The notes beneath the pieces are model-generated. The model searched no databases. It was not told where the DNA came from and saw only the letters and a list, made by a program, of their open reading frames with translations. Shown piece by piece: positions 35,101 through 42,565 of a stretch of DNA of 55,937 bases. Origin of the DNA: a virus; IMG/VR virus record IMGVR_UViG_3300046115_000049, positions 1 to 55,937 of that record, one strand, 5' to 3'. Made by a program: the position numbers and the translations under genes. How positions within the stretch are numbered: position 1 is the first letter of the stretch; each line of letters starts with the position of its first letter.

Positions 35101-36669
35101 TTACCCCATCCACCCTGTGGACGACGGTCGCTGCCCCGCGTATGGACCAGATGATACACTAATCTCGGGTTTTCGCGCAAGCCACTCGATCCCGGCCGCT
35201 ATCATATATCGCATCGCGTCCATCAAGTGATCATTCTTCTTAACCACGCGTCCCTTGGAATCACGTCGATACATGCGATATTCACTGAAGAAGTTGCGCA
35301 GAGTCTTGCGGACACGAATGCGCTGGCCAGTAATGAGGGTCCACACCTCGAATATGCCCGCCTCTACGCCGTTAGGAGCGAAATCGAGCTCCAGACCCAG
35401 AGACGTATATAGCTCCATTAACTGCTTGCCGTCGGCCTGCGAGCGTCCATTGGCGGCGGGGTCGATACGCCCGGGTATCCACGCGCCAGCTGCCTTGATA
35501 CCAGTTGCGTGAACAGACGGCTCGGCATGCGAACCGTAATGCTCGTGATACAGATGCCACGTCGCTGTGTCCGGGTCATACGCCCCCCAGATTGCAGCAG
35601 TCCAGTTCCATCCGACATCAAGGCCATACCCTCGCGGCCAGTGCGGCGGGATCTCGAACACATCCTCCTTGACCTCCTCCTCAGATACGGGGTAGATAAT
35701 ACCGGCACCCAGCGCAGGTATACCTCGCGTACGCGCGTTACGCTGATATTCAGGGATGGACGAAATCATCTGCTGTCGTGCCTGCTCCGATAGGTGCGGA
35801 ACTTCGTCCCATGCAATTATGGTAACGGACTTATTGCGCAGCTCTAAGGGAGTGGCCTTCTTCTCAGCTGGGTCGACGACCGCATCAGGCAGTACAGGGT
35901 CATCCTCGTCGTTCAGGCTACCTAGAATCGCTTGGTCGGCGGGAACACGGTCGCCACGACCTACATTCGTGACGACGACCGCTTGCTTCAACCACGCGTC
36001 CACGAAAGGGGTCAATCCCTCAATCGGCGTGAACGTGACCATGAGGATACCTTCACACGTAAGCGTACGCATTAGACATTCGGTATATATATCCTCAGGA
36101 CATTCCTCATCCAGCCAGATGAGGTGCTTCGCCGTTCCTTGAAACGCCTCGCGGCGCTGATCGTAAGACTTGAACTGGATGGTCGAGGTGCCGCTCGTGA
36201 TATGCGTTACATAGATCGACTCAACAGCGTGAGGTATCGAATTCTTCGCGGGCGCGTGCTTGATCAGGTGCGCGGGTATAAATCCTGTCTTAGGAGCGGA
36301 CGGTATCTGACCATACAGCGCCAACTGCTGAATGTCGCGAGTAGTTGTAGCCGTATCTCCGGCGGTCCACGCGTCGATGGGGTGGTTGAACTTCCGTCCC
36401 TCCCACCATGGTGGGTAGATACCTGTCATATGGGCCGAAGTTTCGTAGGCCGCATCATCGGTCTTGCCGACGCGATTGCCCCCGATAAGTAGGCGCTCCG
36501 GGAATGTCAATCCCAGTCGGAAGTACTCCACCGCACCTAGGTATAGGTCGCGGCGAAGCGGGCCGTCATCCAAGAAGTACCGGGCGGACTTGTAGTTAAG
36601 GCGCCTAGCTAGTTCCGCCTCAAGGACGGAAACGTCATTAATGATAGCTACACGGTCCTTAAGGTTCAT
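35101..36669 (-). CDS. terL: Terminase large subunit
   Basis: 522 aa. Walker A is LIGGNRVGKTD, Walker B is HLIWLDEECPEDIY, and TGIYPPWWEGRKF is the terminase N-domain pattern. The C-terminal half is nuclease-like. Confidence 0.85.
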   Translation of the reverse strand: MNLKDRVAIINDVSVLEAELARRLNYKSARYFLDDGPLRRDLYLGAVEYFRLGLTFPERLLIGGNRVGKTDDAAYETSAHMTGIYPPWWEGRKFNHPIDAWTAGDTATTTRDIQQLALYGQIPSAPKTGFIPAHLIKHAPAKNSIPHAVESIYVTHITSGTSTIQFKSYDQRREAFQGTAKHLIWLDEECPEDIYTECLMRTLTCEGILMVTFTPIEGLTPFVDAWLKQAVVVTNVGRGDRVPADQAILGSLNDEDDPVLPDAVVDPAEKKATPLELRNKSVTIIAWDEVPHLSEQARQQMISSIPEYQRNARTRGIPALGAGIIYPVSEEEVKEDVFEIPPHWPRGYGLDVGWNWTAAIWGAYDPDTATWHLYHEHYGSHAEPSVHATGIKAAGAWIPGRIDPAANGRSQADGKQLMELYTSLGLELDFAPNGVEAGIFEVWTLITGQRIRVRKTLRNFFSEYRMYRRDSKGRVVKKNDHLMDAMRYMIAAGIEWLARKPEISVSSGPYAGQRPSSTGWMG

Positions 36670-37286
36670 TACTCTACCTTCACCGCAATCGCCTCGATCG
36701 CGAGAGGTTTAGTAACTGCGACGCGATTGGCCAAGGCCGCAATGCGGTCCTTGAGTTCGTCATCACTAAGCTTAGCGGCTTCCTCGGGGGTGATGGAGAC
36801 GAGCGCACCTAGAACCTCCTGTTTAGTGGGGGCATCTAAGCCCAGTAGACGGCTGCGTCGTTCCATCACCCTCAAGACTGTTGCGACCGATGCTACGTCA
36901 CCCTTGACGGCGAATTTCCATAAACCGGCCATCATTTCGTCGCACCGCTGCAGCTCCATTTCGCGCACCGAAGTAACATCTTCAGCTGTCTGCTCGCGAA
37001 GAGCCATGAGTTCAGCCATGATGTACTCGTATGCCGTAGTTACGGACACCTTCAGGGCTGCGCCTATCTGCCGATAAGACTGGCCCTGCTTGCGCAATTC
37101 GAAGGCAATGGCGCGAGCCTCGGTAAGGCGAGCTTGCTCGGACTTAGGGACGCCGCTGCGCTTATCCTTGCGTTTACGAATTTGATGGCGCGGGCGCACG
37201 GGCGGAACGAGCGCCAACGTAGCGGCCGTCTTCTTGCCCGGCCTAGAGGAGCTGGAGTTGCCCACGCGTCCTCCGTCCCTGCACAT
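36669..37286 (-). CDS. terS: Terminase small subunit (HTH-containing); start uncertain (ATG 37286 or GTG 37265)
   Basis: The HTH is QGQSYRQIGAALKVSVTTAYEYI, followed by a helical oligomerisation-like region. Its stop overlaps the terL start. Confidence 0.65.
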   Translation of the reverse strand: MCRDGGRVGNSSSSRPGKKTAATLALVPPVRPRHQIRKRKDKRSGVPKSEQARLTEARAIAFELRKQGQSYRQIGAALKVSVTTAYEYIMAELMALREQTAEDVTSVREMELQRCDEMMAGLWKFAVKGDVASVATVLRVMERRSRLLGLDAPTKQEVLGALVSITPEEAAKLSDDELKDRIAALANRVAVTKPLAIEAIAVKVE

Positions 37287-37524
37287 GGTATGTAGGTTGA
37301 TCTAGAATGTAGCCGTATAGGCCGTCGAGCGTTACATCCGCCGCGATAGCGATACGGTAAGCTACGTGAAGAGATGCGCCCTTGCGACCCTGTAGGACTC
37401 GTGATACGTGCTGTGGGGATAGCCCCGCCTTACGCGCAATCCGGCGATACTGGCCCCCAGCTAGCGCAACGTTAGGGTCGCGCCCTCGACGCCGCACGAA
37501 CTGACGAGCTAATCTAGATTTCAT
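37243..37524 (-). CDS. XRE/Cro-type helix-turn-helix transcriptional regulator
   Basis: The HTH is QYRRIARKAGLSPQHVSRVLQGRKGASLHVAYRIA. ATG 37524 is preferred over GTG 37542 because a promoter-like element lies immediately upstream. Confidence 0.6.
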   Translation of the reverse strand: MKSRLARQFVRRRGRDPNVALAGGQYRRIARKAGLSPQHVSRVLQGRKGASLHVAYRIAIAADVTLDGLYGYILDQPTYHVQGRRTRGQLQLL

Positions 37525-37739
37525 AGCCCAGCAGCGTACCACAATGAGGGGGTGTCCGTCAAGCTACGTATCTTCGAGGCACCTCTGTGCGCATCCTGGC
37601 GCCAAGGTTCGTTCGCCCATTCGAGATTATCCTAATTCCCGTAATGTCGGACGCTGCGCGTCCCACATTACATAAGTGTAAGGGCGATAACACTTATCGG
37701 TGGTTCCCCCCATACCCCCTTCCCGCCGCAGGCGGATCT

Positions 37740-37769
37740 ATTGTAACACGGGGGTGGTCGGCCTGTCAA
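37740..37769 (-). promoter_or_regulatory. Near-consensus sigma70-type leftward promoter (TTGACA-N18-TACAAT)
   Basis: The minus strand reads cctaTTGACAggccgaccacccccgtgtTACAATaga. It points towards the HTH/terminase arm. Confidence 0.55.
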
Positions 37770-37811
37770 TAGGTATGATTAATGCACCCGCGTAACCGAT
37801 ATCGTCATTGC

Positions 37812-37840
37812 GTGATGCAGGCGCGAAGCGCCTGCATCAC
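37812..37840. promoter_or_regulatory. Perfect 13-bp stem / 3-nt loop hairpin (gtgatgcaggcgc-gaa-gcgcctgcatcac)
   Basis: Read directly. It lies in the divergent control region next to an AT-rich stretch with GGTATA/TATACC inverted repeats. There is no U-tract on either side. Confidence 0.7.
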
Positions 37841-38131
37841 TTATTAAGATCGTATGATAATGTGGGCTTGCGTTGCGATAAAGTGAAAGAATGTGCGTTT
37901 GGCGGGTTATATATGGGGAGGTGGTATATGGACTATATACCCGGGGGGTATCCCTAGGTATAGGTCGGTCATTGTTTTTGCTAAGGGGGACTATCCATCG
38001 CGAGGACCGACCGCCGAATACCCAGATCTAGGAATGCGGCGAATGCAAGCCTCGTGCCCGCGATGGTTGGCACGCGTCTTGTTCGCCTCGATGGTGCGCC
38101 TTGCGCTTTCAAGATTCGTGCCAAGATCGGT

Positions 38132-38147
38132 TGGCATCACTCTTGCA
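38132..38147 (+). promoter_or_regulatory. Sigma54-type -24/-12 element (TGGCATcactcTTGCA)
   Basis: It has GG-N10-GC spacing with TGGCA and TTGCA flanks. The -24 half overlaps the palindrome TGCCAA-N6-TTGGCA (38119-38136). Confidence 0.45.
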
Positions 38148-38175
38148 GGGTTGGCCTTCGTGCGCCGGGGACTGC

Positions 38176-38191
38176 TGGCATCAGGCTTGCA
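38176..38191 (+). promoter_or_regulatory. Sigma54-type -24/-12 element (TGGCATcaggcTTGCA)
   Basis: A second copy 44 bp downstream. The two copies agree at 17 of 19 positions (tggcatcaNNcttgcagg). Confidence 0.45.
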
Positions 38192-38313
38192 GGCTGGCGT
38201 GGCGAATCGGCGCGACCCTGCAACCCTCGTGCCGCTCGTTTGTCTGCAATGCTCGTGCCGTGCGTTTTGCCCCTTTGGTCTTTGCCCTCGCTTTGCCCCT
38301 TGCCGGTCGCTCG

Positions 38314-38334
38314 GGTATGTCAGCCGCTTGACAC
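38314..38334. repeat. 21-bp direct repeat copy 1 (GGTATGTCAGCCGCTTGACAC) containing the dyad TGTCA-N6-TGACA
   Basis: Read directly. An identical copy lies exactly 100 bp downstream. Confidence 0.9.
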
Positions 38335-38413
38335 TGCGTGGCCGCTCGGCCACAGCGAAGCGACAGGCGAAAATCCCGCAAGGACGGGCATCGGCCGCTG
38401 GCACGAGCCTTGA

Positions 38414-38434
38414 GGTATGTCAGCCGCTTGACAC
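38414..38434. repeat. 21-bp direct repeat copy 2 (GGTATGTCAGCCGCTTGACAC)
   Basis: Identical to 38314-38334. Each copy is followed 64-75 bp later by GCCGCTGGCACG(A/G)GCC. Confidence 0.9.
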
Positions 38435-38473
38435 CCCCCTTCGGCGCAGGCCCGGACGACGGGATCGCGCCGC

Positions 38474-38489
38474 TGGCACGGGCCATGCA
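38474..38489 (+). promoter_or_regulatory. Sigma54-type -24/-12 element (TGGCACgggccATGCA) about 83 nt upstream of the first rightward gene
   Basis: It has GG-N10-GC spacing and a TGGCACG -24 box. Weaker copies with GT or GA at -12 lie at 38068-38083 and 38399-38414. Confidence 0.4.
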
Positions 38490-38571
38490 TTCTTGATCGG
38501 TGCCCCCGGCGCTGCGGCGCTCGGGGGTCCGGTCCGGATTCCCCGGATCGGTTCCTGATTGGTGGTCCCTG

Positions 38572-38904
38572 ATGACCTCGATTCCCGCGTCCGCTCTCCC
38601 GAAGCTGCCCGCTCTCCCGCGTCTCCCGCGCAAGCAGAAGGATCCGCGCCCGTGCGCGTGTGGCTGCGGCGCGCCCACCCGATCGACGTGGTTCCCCGGG
38701 CACGACGCGATCGCCCACGCTTGGGCGCTGCGCGTCGTCCGTGGCGCCAAGGGCGCGGACGGCAAGCCGATCACCGCTGCTCCTGCCCCGCTGACCGCCT
38801 GCGTGGCGAGGATCGCCGCGAAGATGCGCGAGGCGGCGAAGTCCGCCGCGCCGAAGTCCGCCCCTGTCGCGCCCGCGCCCGCGCCGGTCGCCAAGGTCGG
38901 CTGA
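38572..38904 (+). CDS. CxCGCG/PGHDA zinc-knuckle protein with Pro/Lys/Ala-rich tails (paralog 1)
   Basis: ATG at 38572 begins MTSIPASALPKLPALPRLPRKQKDPRPCACGCGAPTRSTWFPGHDAIAHAWALRVVRG, followed by an AAPKSAPVAPAPAPVAK tail. Confidence 0.6.
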   Translation: MTSIPASALPKLPALPRLPRKQKDPRPCACGCGAPTRSTWFPGHDAIAHAWALRVVRGAKGADGKPITAAPAPLTACVARIAAKMREAAKSAAPKSAPVAPAPAPVAKVG

Positions 38905-39149
38905 TCGCTCCGCCTCCCGGCCGGGATTGCCGCCCCCGGATCCCGGCCGGGTTCGCCTCTCGGGGGCTCCGTCGGCGGATGTGTGTCCGCCCTGATGAGG
39001 CCGACGAGGCCGAAACGGGACGAGGACTGCTCGACTGCCCGGGGCCGACAGATGAGCATAGAGGGACCGGGCACGCGACTATTCGCGCGGTTTCGGCCGA
39101 TGGCGGATGACCATCGACGAGCGACGAGCGACGAGGCGAGAGGAGAACG

Positions 39150-39209
39150 CGGAGCGTCAGACGTGCTGCGAGGCTTGCGGCCGAACACGCGGCCGTGCTC
39201 CGATTTTTT
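39150..39209 (+). terminator. Putative intrinsic terminator (compound GC hairpin followed by T6)
   Basis: The outer stem is cggagc/gctccg (39150-55 with 39197-202). The inner stem is cggccg/cggccg (39178-83 with 39190-95). TTTTTT follows at 39204-39209. Confidence 0.35.
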
Positions 39210-39280
39210 GCGCGCTTCCGGGCGCGGTGCCCGTCGAGACGCGCGGCTGGTGGGCGGCAGACGAGGAGGGAGACGTGGGT

Positions 39281-39598
39281 ATGCCACACGTTGGAGACGA
39301 TTCGATGACTGACATCACCATACTGTCCCATTCGAACGAGAAGATGGGCACGTTCGTGGCCGTGTACGCGGGCCACTTGACGCTGGATGACGCACTTGCC
39401 GCGTGGGGCGTCAAGAGACGAGCCGGGGTGGCGTATGAAGACGGCGAGTACTTGGACATCGCCACGCGCGCCGACAACTACACGGAGGCGGAGTGGGAGA
39501 GCGAGCTGACCTGCGCGATGCTTAACGGTCAGCCGCGATATGCGTTCGCTGTCTATGTGATTCACACGCAGATGGGGACGCCGGAGGAGGTAGCGTGA
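39281..39598 (+). CDS. Hypothetical protein
   Basis: ATG lies after gaggaggga. 105 aa. Only the part downstream of the T-run looks coding, so the ORF-track start at 39107 is rejected. Confidence 0.5.
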   Translation: MPHVGDDSMTDITILSHSNEKMGTFVAVYAGHLTLDDALAAWGVKRRAGVAYEDGEYLDIATRADNYTEAEWESELTCAMLNGQPRYAFAVYVIHTQMGTPEEVA

Positions 39599-39741
39599 TC
39601 GCACTAATCTTGGCAGGCGCAGGCGCGGTGGCGGCGGTCGTGTTCGCACGTCGCCACGCGGGGCTCGAATGGCACGAGATCAAGCACCTGACGTACATCG
39701 GCGTACTCGGGGCGACGATCCTCGTGCTGCTCATACTGTAG
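39595..39741 (+). CDS. 48-aa two-helix membrane peptide (not in the ORF track)
   Basis: The GTG start overlaps the upstream stop (GTGA), and ggaggagg lies 6 nt upstream. It encodes VIALILAGAGAVAAVVFARRHAGLEWHEIKHLTYIGVLGATILVLLIL. Confidence 0.5.
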   Translation: MIALILAGAGAVAAVVFARRHAGLEWHEIKHLTYIGVLGATILVLLIL

Positions 39742-39762
39742 ACCGGAAGGGGAGATACGACG

Positions 39763-40422
39763 ATGGCAGCAGTGATCTACGTGTCCATGAAGGACGAGAA
39801 GCGGACGCCGCCATTCGTGGTGGTGTTCGACGACCCGCGACAGGCGCGACACTGGAGGAGAGCGGCGGAGGCGCTGGACGAGCACGGCGCGTTCGAGTTC
39901 GACGAGCGTAGGTCGTCTTCGCCGCACACGGTGCTGGACTTCATCAAGGAGCAGCAGCAATGGCGTACCACTACAGCGACCCGGGCAAGGAAGACAACCC
40001 GTACGCACTACCGGACATCGAGGTATTCGAGGTGGTCGACGCCACACCATACGACGAATGTCCGGCGTGCCAGAGCGAGGAGACGGAGCGCGGTGTGTGG
40101 AAGCCGAACCACGACGACCATTGCCGCAAGCACACGGGTTGGTACTGGTGGATGTGCTCACCCGGCTACATGCCGAATGGGGAGGCGGATGGCCCCTTTT
40201 CATCTGAAGAGGCGGCGCTGGGAGCGGCGAGGGCGGACGCGGAATAGAACACGTTCGCCGTTTCACCGCGCTTTCGCTTGTGGCGGGGAATGCGCCCGTG
40301 GTTTAATCTGGGCGTGCCCCCCGCTCCGTCGCTCCGTCTCACGCGCGCTCGGGGGGCGCGCACGCGCGATTGAATTCGTGGAATGCTCGAGATTCGGAGG
40401 TGCAGAGTGCGAATGCGAATAG
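39763..40422 (+). CDS. Hypothetical protein; only the first ~66 codons look coding and the rest overlaps the next gene and a promoter
   Basis: MAAVIYVSMKDEKRTPPFVVVFDDPRQARHWRRAAEALDEHGAFEFDE... looks genuine. Beyond ~39960 the frame becomes Arg/Thr rich, and no stop occurs until 40422. Confidence 0.4.
   Translation: MAAVIYVSMKDEKRTPPFVVVFDDPRQARHWRRAAEALDEHGAFEFDERRSSSPHTVLDFIKEQQQWRTTTATRARKTTRTHYRTSRYSRWSTPHHTTNVRRARARRRSAVCGSRTTTTIAASTRVGTGGCAHPATCRMGRRMAPFHLKRRRWERRGRTRNRTRSPFHRAFACGGECARGLIWACPPLRRSVSRALGGRARAIEFVECSRFGGAECECE
39960..40247 (+). CDS. Hypothetical protein with a GWYWW.C.PG...GPF motif
   Basis: ATG lies 9 nt after aaggag. 95 aa. It contains ECPACQ...HTGWYWWMCSPGYMPNGEADGPFSSEEAALGAA. 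Confidence 0.6.
   Translation: MAYHYSDPGKEDNPYALPDIEVFEVVDATPYDECPACQSEETERGVWKPNHDDHCRKHTGWYWWMCSPGYMPNGEADGPFSSEEAALGAARADAE
40278..40307 (+). promoter_or_regulatory. Sigma70-type promoter with extended -10 (TTGTGG-N18-TTTAAT, TGg immediately upstream of the -10)
   Basis: gcTTGTGGcggggAATGCgcCCGTGGTTTAATctgg shares the AATGC..CCGTGGTTTAAT block with the element at 42566-42595. Confidence 0.5.
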
Positions 40423-40637
40423 CGGAAGCATGGAACCACTGCGAGAGGATCGCGGAGATGCACGCAGTAGGCGCGGCTGCTGATGCCGGGTTCGATGGCG
40501 GTGAATTCAGCGGTCCCGCACACCTGAGGGCAGAATCGCGACAGCTCGACACGACGGCGCGGGAGTACGGATTCCGCGACTACGAGGCGCTTAGGGACAG
40601 GGCGATCGATCTCGGCATCGTGAGATACGACTCATGA
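40407..40637 (+). CDS. Hypothetical protein
   Basis: GTG at 40407 lies 6 nt after ggagg. ATG 40383 has no SD. About 76 aa. Confidence 0.45.
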   Translation: MRMRIAEAWNHCERIAEMHAVGAAADAGFDGGEFSGPAHLRAESRQLDTTAREYGFRDYEALRDRAIDLGIVRYDS

Positions 40638-40798
40638 GGGCCGGGCATCGCACGACGTGCTCGGCCTGCGGGCTGTGCCGCGGCCGCGGGCGTGGCGATG
40701 CGCGCTCCATCGTCATCATCGCGCACGGCCTGCGCACGAAGTGGTTTCGACTCGCGAAGGCGGCGGACGATCCGGTCCGCCTTGAGACCGGGACGTAG
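40634..40798 (+). CDS. 54-aa Cys-rich basic peptide (not in the ORF track)
   Basis: ATGA start/stop overlap with the upstream gene. It encodes MRAGHRTTCSACGLCRGRGRGDARSIVIIAHGLRTKWFRLAKAADDPVRLETGT. Confidence 0.35.
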   Translation: MRAGHRTTCSACGLCRGRGRGDARSIVIIAHGLRTKWFRLAKAADDPVRLETGT

Positions 40799-40810
40799 GA
40801 GGAGCGAGCC

Positions 40811-41125
40811 ATGGCAAAGCCGAAGATTTATGTGTTCTGCAACCAGAAGGGCTGCGACGGGCGCGGCGACTGGCACAACGGCATCGCGATTGCCGAGGAC
40901 GGAACCGGGCTGGCCGGTCACGTGAGTTCAAACCATTACTTTCTGCGCTCCGATCTCGGTGACGGACAACTCGGCTACGACGGATTCCGGCGCGAGGAGT
41001 ATGGGAAGCACTACCCGGACGGCTACGAGGTGATGTTTCTGGAGGGCGACGAGATCACGCGAGTCGTGAGCGCGTTGCCGAAGCCGCTGGAGGTGTCTGA
41101 CGGCAAGCCCGTGGAGGCCAAGTGA
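40811..41125 (+). CDS. Hypothetical protein
   Basis: ATG lies after aggagg. 104 aa with good coding character. Confidence 0.55.
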   Translation: MAKPKIYVFCNQKGCDGRGDWHNGIAIAEDGTGLAGHVSSNHYFLRSDLGDGQLGYDGFRREEYGKHYPDGYEVMFLEGDEITRVVSALPKPLEVSDGKPVEAK

Positions 41126-41258
41126 TCACCATCGAGCGCGGCAACACGTTCCAACTGAACCGCACCGGCACGCAGCTCGTCTGCGGGTACGGAGGATATC
41201 CGCAACGGTGATATCCCGGCTGAGTTCCGGATCGATGATATTTACATCTCGGAGGCAC

Positions 41259-41498
41259 ATGAGCCGGAAGATCAAGACCATCATCGTTAATGGGGTGACG
41301 CTGCCGTCTCTCCCGCCGATGCGGGCGCGGTTGCCGCTGGACCCGGGGCGATGGAAGCAGGCTACTAAGCTGGAGACGCGCAAGCACGACGCGGCGTGGG
41401 TCGGGCGATGCGGGAAGTGTGGACAGGTGAAGGCGGCGACACTACTGGTGCCGCCCGTCAAGCCGGGGGACGGGTGGAAGTGCAAGAATGGGTGCTAA
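41259..41498 (+). CDS. Small zinc-ribbon protein
   Basis: ATG lies after cggagg. 79 aa with CGKCG...WKCKNGC. Confidence 0.5.
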   Translation: MSRKIKTIIVNGVTLPSLPPMRARLPLDPGRWKQATKLETRKHDAAWVGRCGKCGQVKAATLLVPPVKPGDGWKCKNGC

Positions 41499-41508
41499 GG
41501 AGGGCGAC

Positions 41509-41724
41509 ATGGACGTAGCAATGATTGCAGAGGCAATCGAAGCGGCGCGGGTGCGCAAGATCGATACCATGAATCGTGCACAGTTGGTCACGGCGATCAA
41601 CGGCGCACGCGCGACGAGGGGGCAGGGACCGCAGACGTACTGGGTCCTGAGCGAAACGCAGCTGCGGACGATGCTGGCGCGGATGACGCGACCCGCGCAG
41701 AAGGCGGAGGAGGTGCGGGTGTGA
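41509..41724 (+). CDS. Hypothetical protein
   Basis: ATG lies after aaggaggg. 71 aa. Confidence 0.5.
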   Translation: MDVAMIAEAIEAARVRKIDTMNRAQLVTAINGARATRGQGPQTYWVLSETQLRTMLARMTRPAQKAEEVRV

Positions 41725-42038
41725 CGATCCAAGTGTGGACCTTCTATCGCATCGACTGGGACCTGCTACGCGACGATCAGGACAGCGCTAGCACCATCGC
41801 ACCCGGCCTATACTGGACGTCGCGGGAGGCAGTCATCGAGGCGGTCATCGAGGAGTTGAAGGAGGAGTACGAGGAGTACGACGAGGCCGCAAAGGACGAT
41901 CCCGCATGGGCGGAGCAGGTCGGGCCGTTCGGGGTCGAGTTCGTGCACGAGAAGACGCCCGGAATCATCAACGTCCGAGCGCCGTGGCTGACAGAGGACG
42001 ACGAGATCGTGGTCTACAAGATGGAGGTGGCGAAGTGA
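41721..42038 (+). CDS. Hypothetical acidic protein
   Basis: The GTG start overlaps the upstream stop. 105 aa. Confidence 0.5.
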   Translation: MTIQVWTFYRIDWDLLRDDQDSASTIAPGLYWTSREAVIEAVIEELKEEYEEYDEAAKDDPAWAEQVGPFGVEFVHEKTPGIINVRAPWLTEDDEIVVYKMEVAK

Positions 42039-42211
42039 CGACTATCTATCACGTGGTCATGGCGGACGGCACGACGACGTTCCTGTCGCACGCCGATATG
42101 GTGAACTTCGTGCGCGACATGGACCCAGTGATCTACGTGCTGTGCCGATCGGAAGTCGGTCCGGCGGAATACGAAATGCTGACACGGCTCGCTAGCCGAT
42201 TCGACGAGTAA
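42035..42211 (+). CDS. Hypothetical protein (58 aa)
   Basis: The GTG start overlaps the upstream stop (GTGA). It is the in-frame tail of ORF 41906-42211. Confidence 0.45.
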   Translation: MTTIYHVVMADGTTTFLSHADMVNFVRDMDPVIYVLCRSEVGPAEYEMLTRLASRFDE

Positions 42212-42267
42212 GGCGCAAGACAGGCGCGGCTACCGCGCTTGAACCGAATCGTACTGAGGTGCTAATC

Positions 42268-42468
42268 ATGGAATCCCGAATCATCAGTTTCGCCCGCGAG
42301 AAGGAAACCAAGAACGCCGTCCGCTTCCAGGAGGTGCCCGAGGAGGGTCAGCCGGAGGCGATCGGCTCCCTCTACATCAAGAAGTGGGTGGTCGGAGACG
42401 CGCAGACCCTGACCATCGAGATCTCGGGCGACGCCCCGAAGAGCGGCAGCGGCAAGCCGAAGAAGTAG
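42268..42468 (+). CDS. Hypothetical small protein
   Basis: ATG lies 6 nt after tgaggtg. It encodes MESRIISFAREKETKNAVRFQEV...LYIKKWVVGDAQTLTIEI. Confidence 0.55.
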   Translation: MESRIISFAREKETKNAVRFQEVPEEGQPEAIGSLYIKKWVVGDAQTLTIEISGDAPKSGSGKPKK

Positions 42469-42565
42469 CGACGTCAGGCGACGCGACAGGTACGGCTGGT
42501 GGGTGCGATGTGCTCCACCGGCCTCGACCTGTCGGGAGAGGCGACATGTGGACCTATGCAGGGGC

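Noticed and set aside
38314-38434. The 21-bp repeats spaced 100 bp apart as a CRISPR array
   Set aside because: There are only two copies, the spacing is too long, no further repeats follow, and the motif contains an operator-like dyad. It is not a CRISPR array.
37893-38558. 221-aa + strand ORF, together with the overlapping minus ORF 37991-38404, covering the control region
   Set aside because: The translations are Arg/Cys/Pro rich with no coding-like third-position pattern. The DNA is instead filled with direct and inverted repeats and promoter-like motifs. I treated it as non-coding regulatory DNA.
38181-40266. Very long minus-strand ORFs (38181-39287, 38771-39649, 39604-40266; 220-368 aa) in the GC-rich early region
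   Set aside because: These are typical high-GC antisense shadow ORFs. Their products are Arg/Pro/Ser-rich low complexity, they have no SD, and they overlap better-supported + strand genes that have SDs and start/stop coupling.
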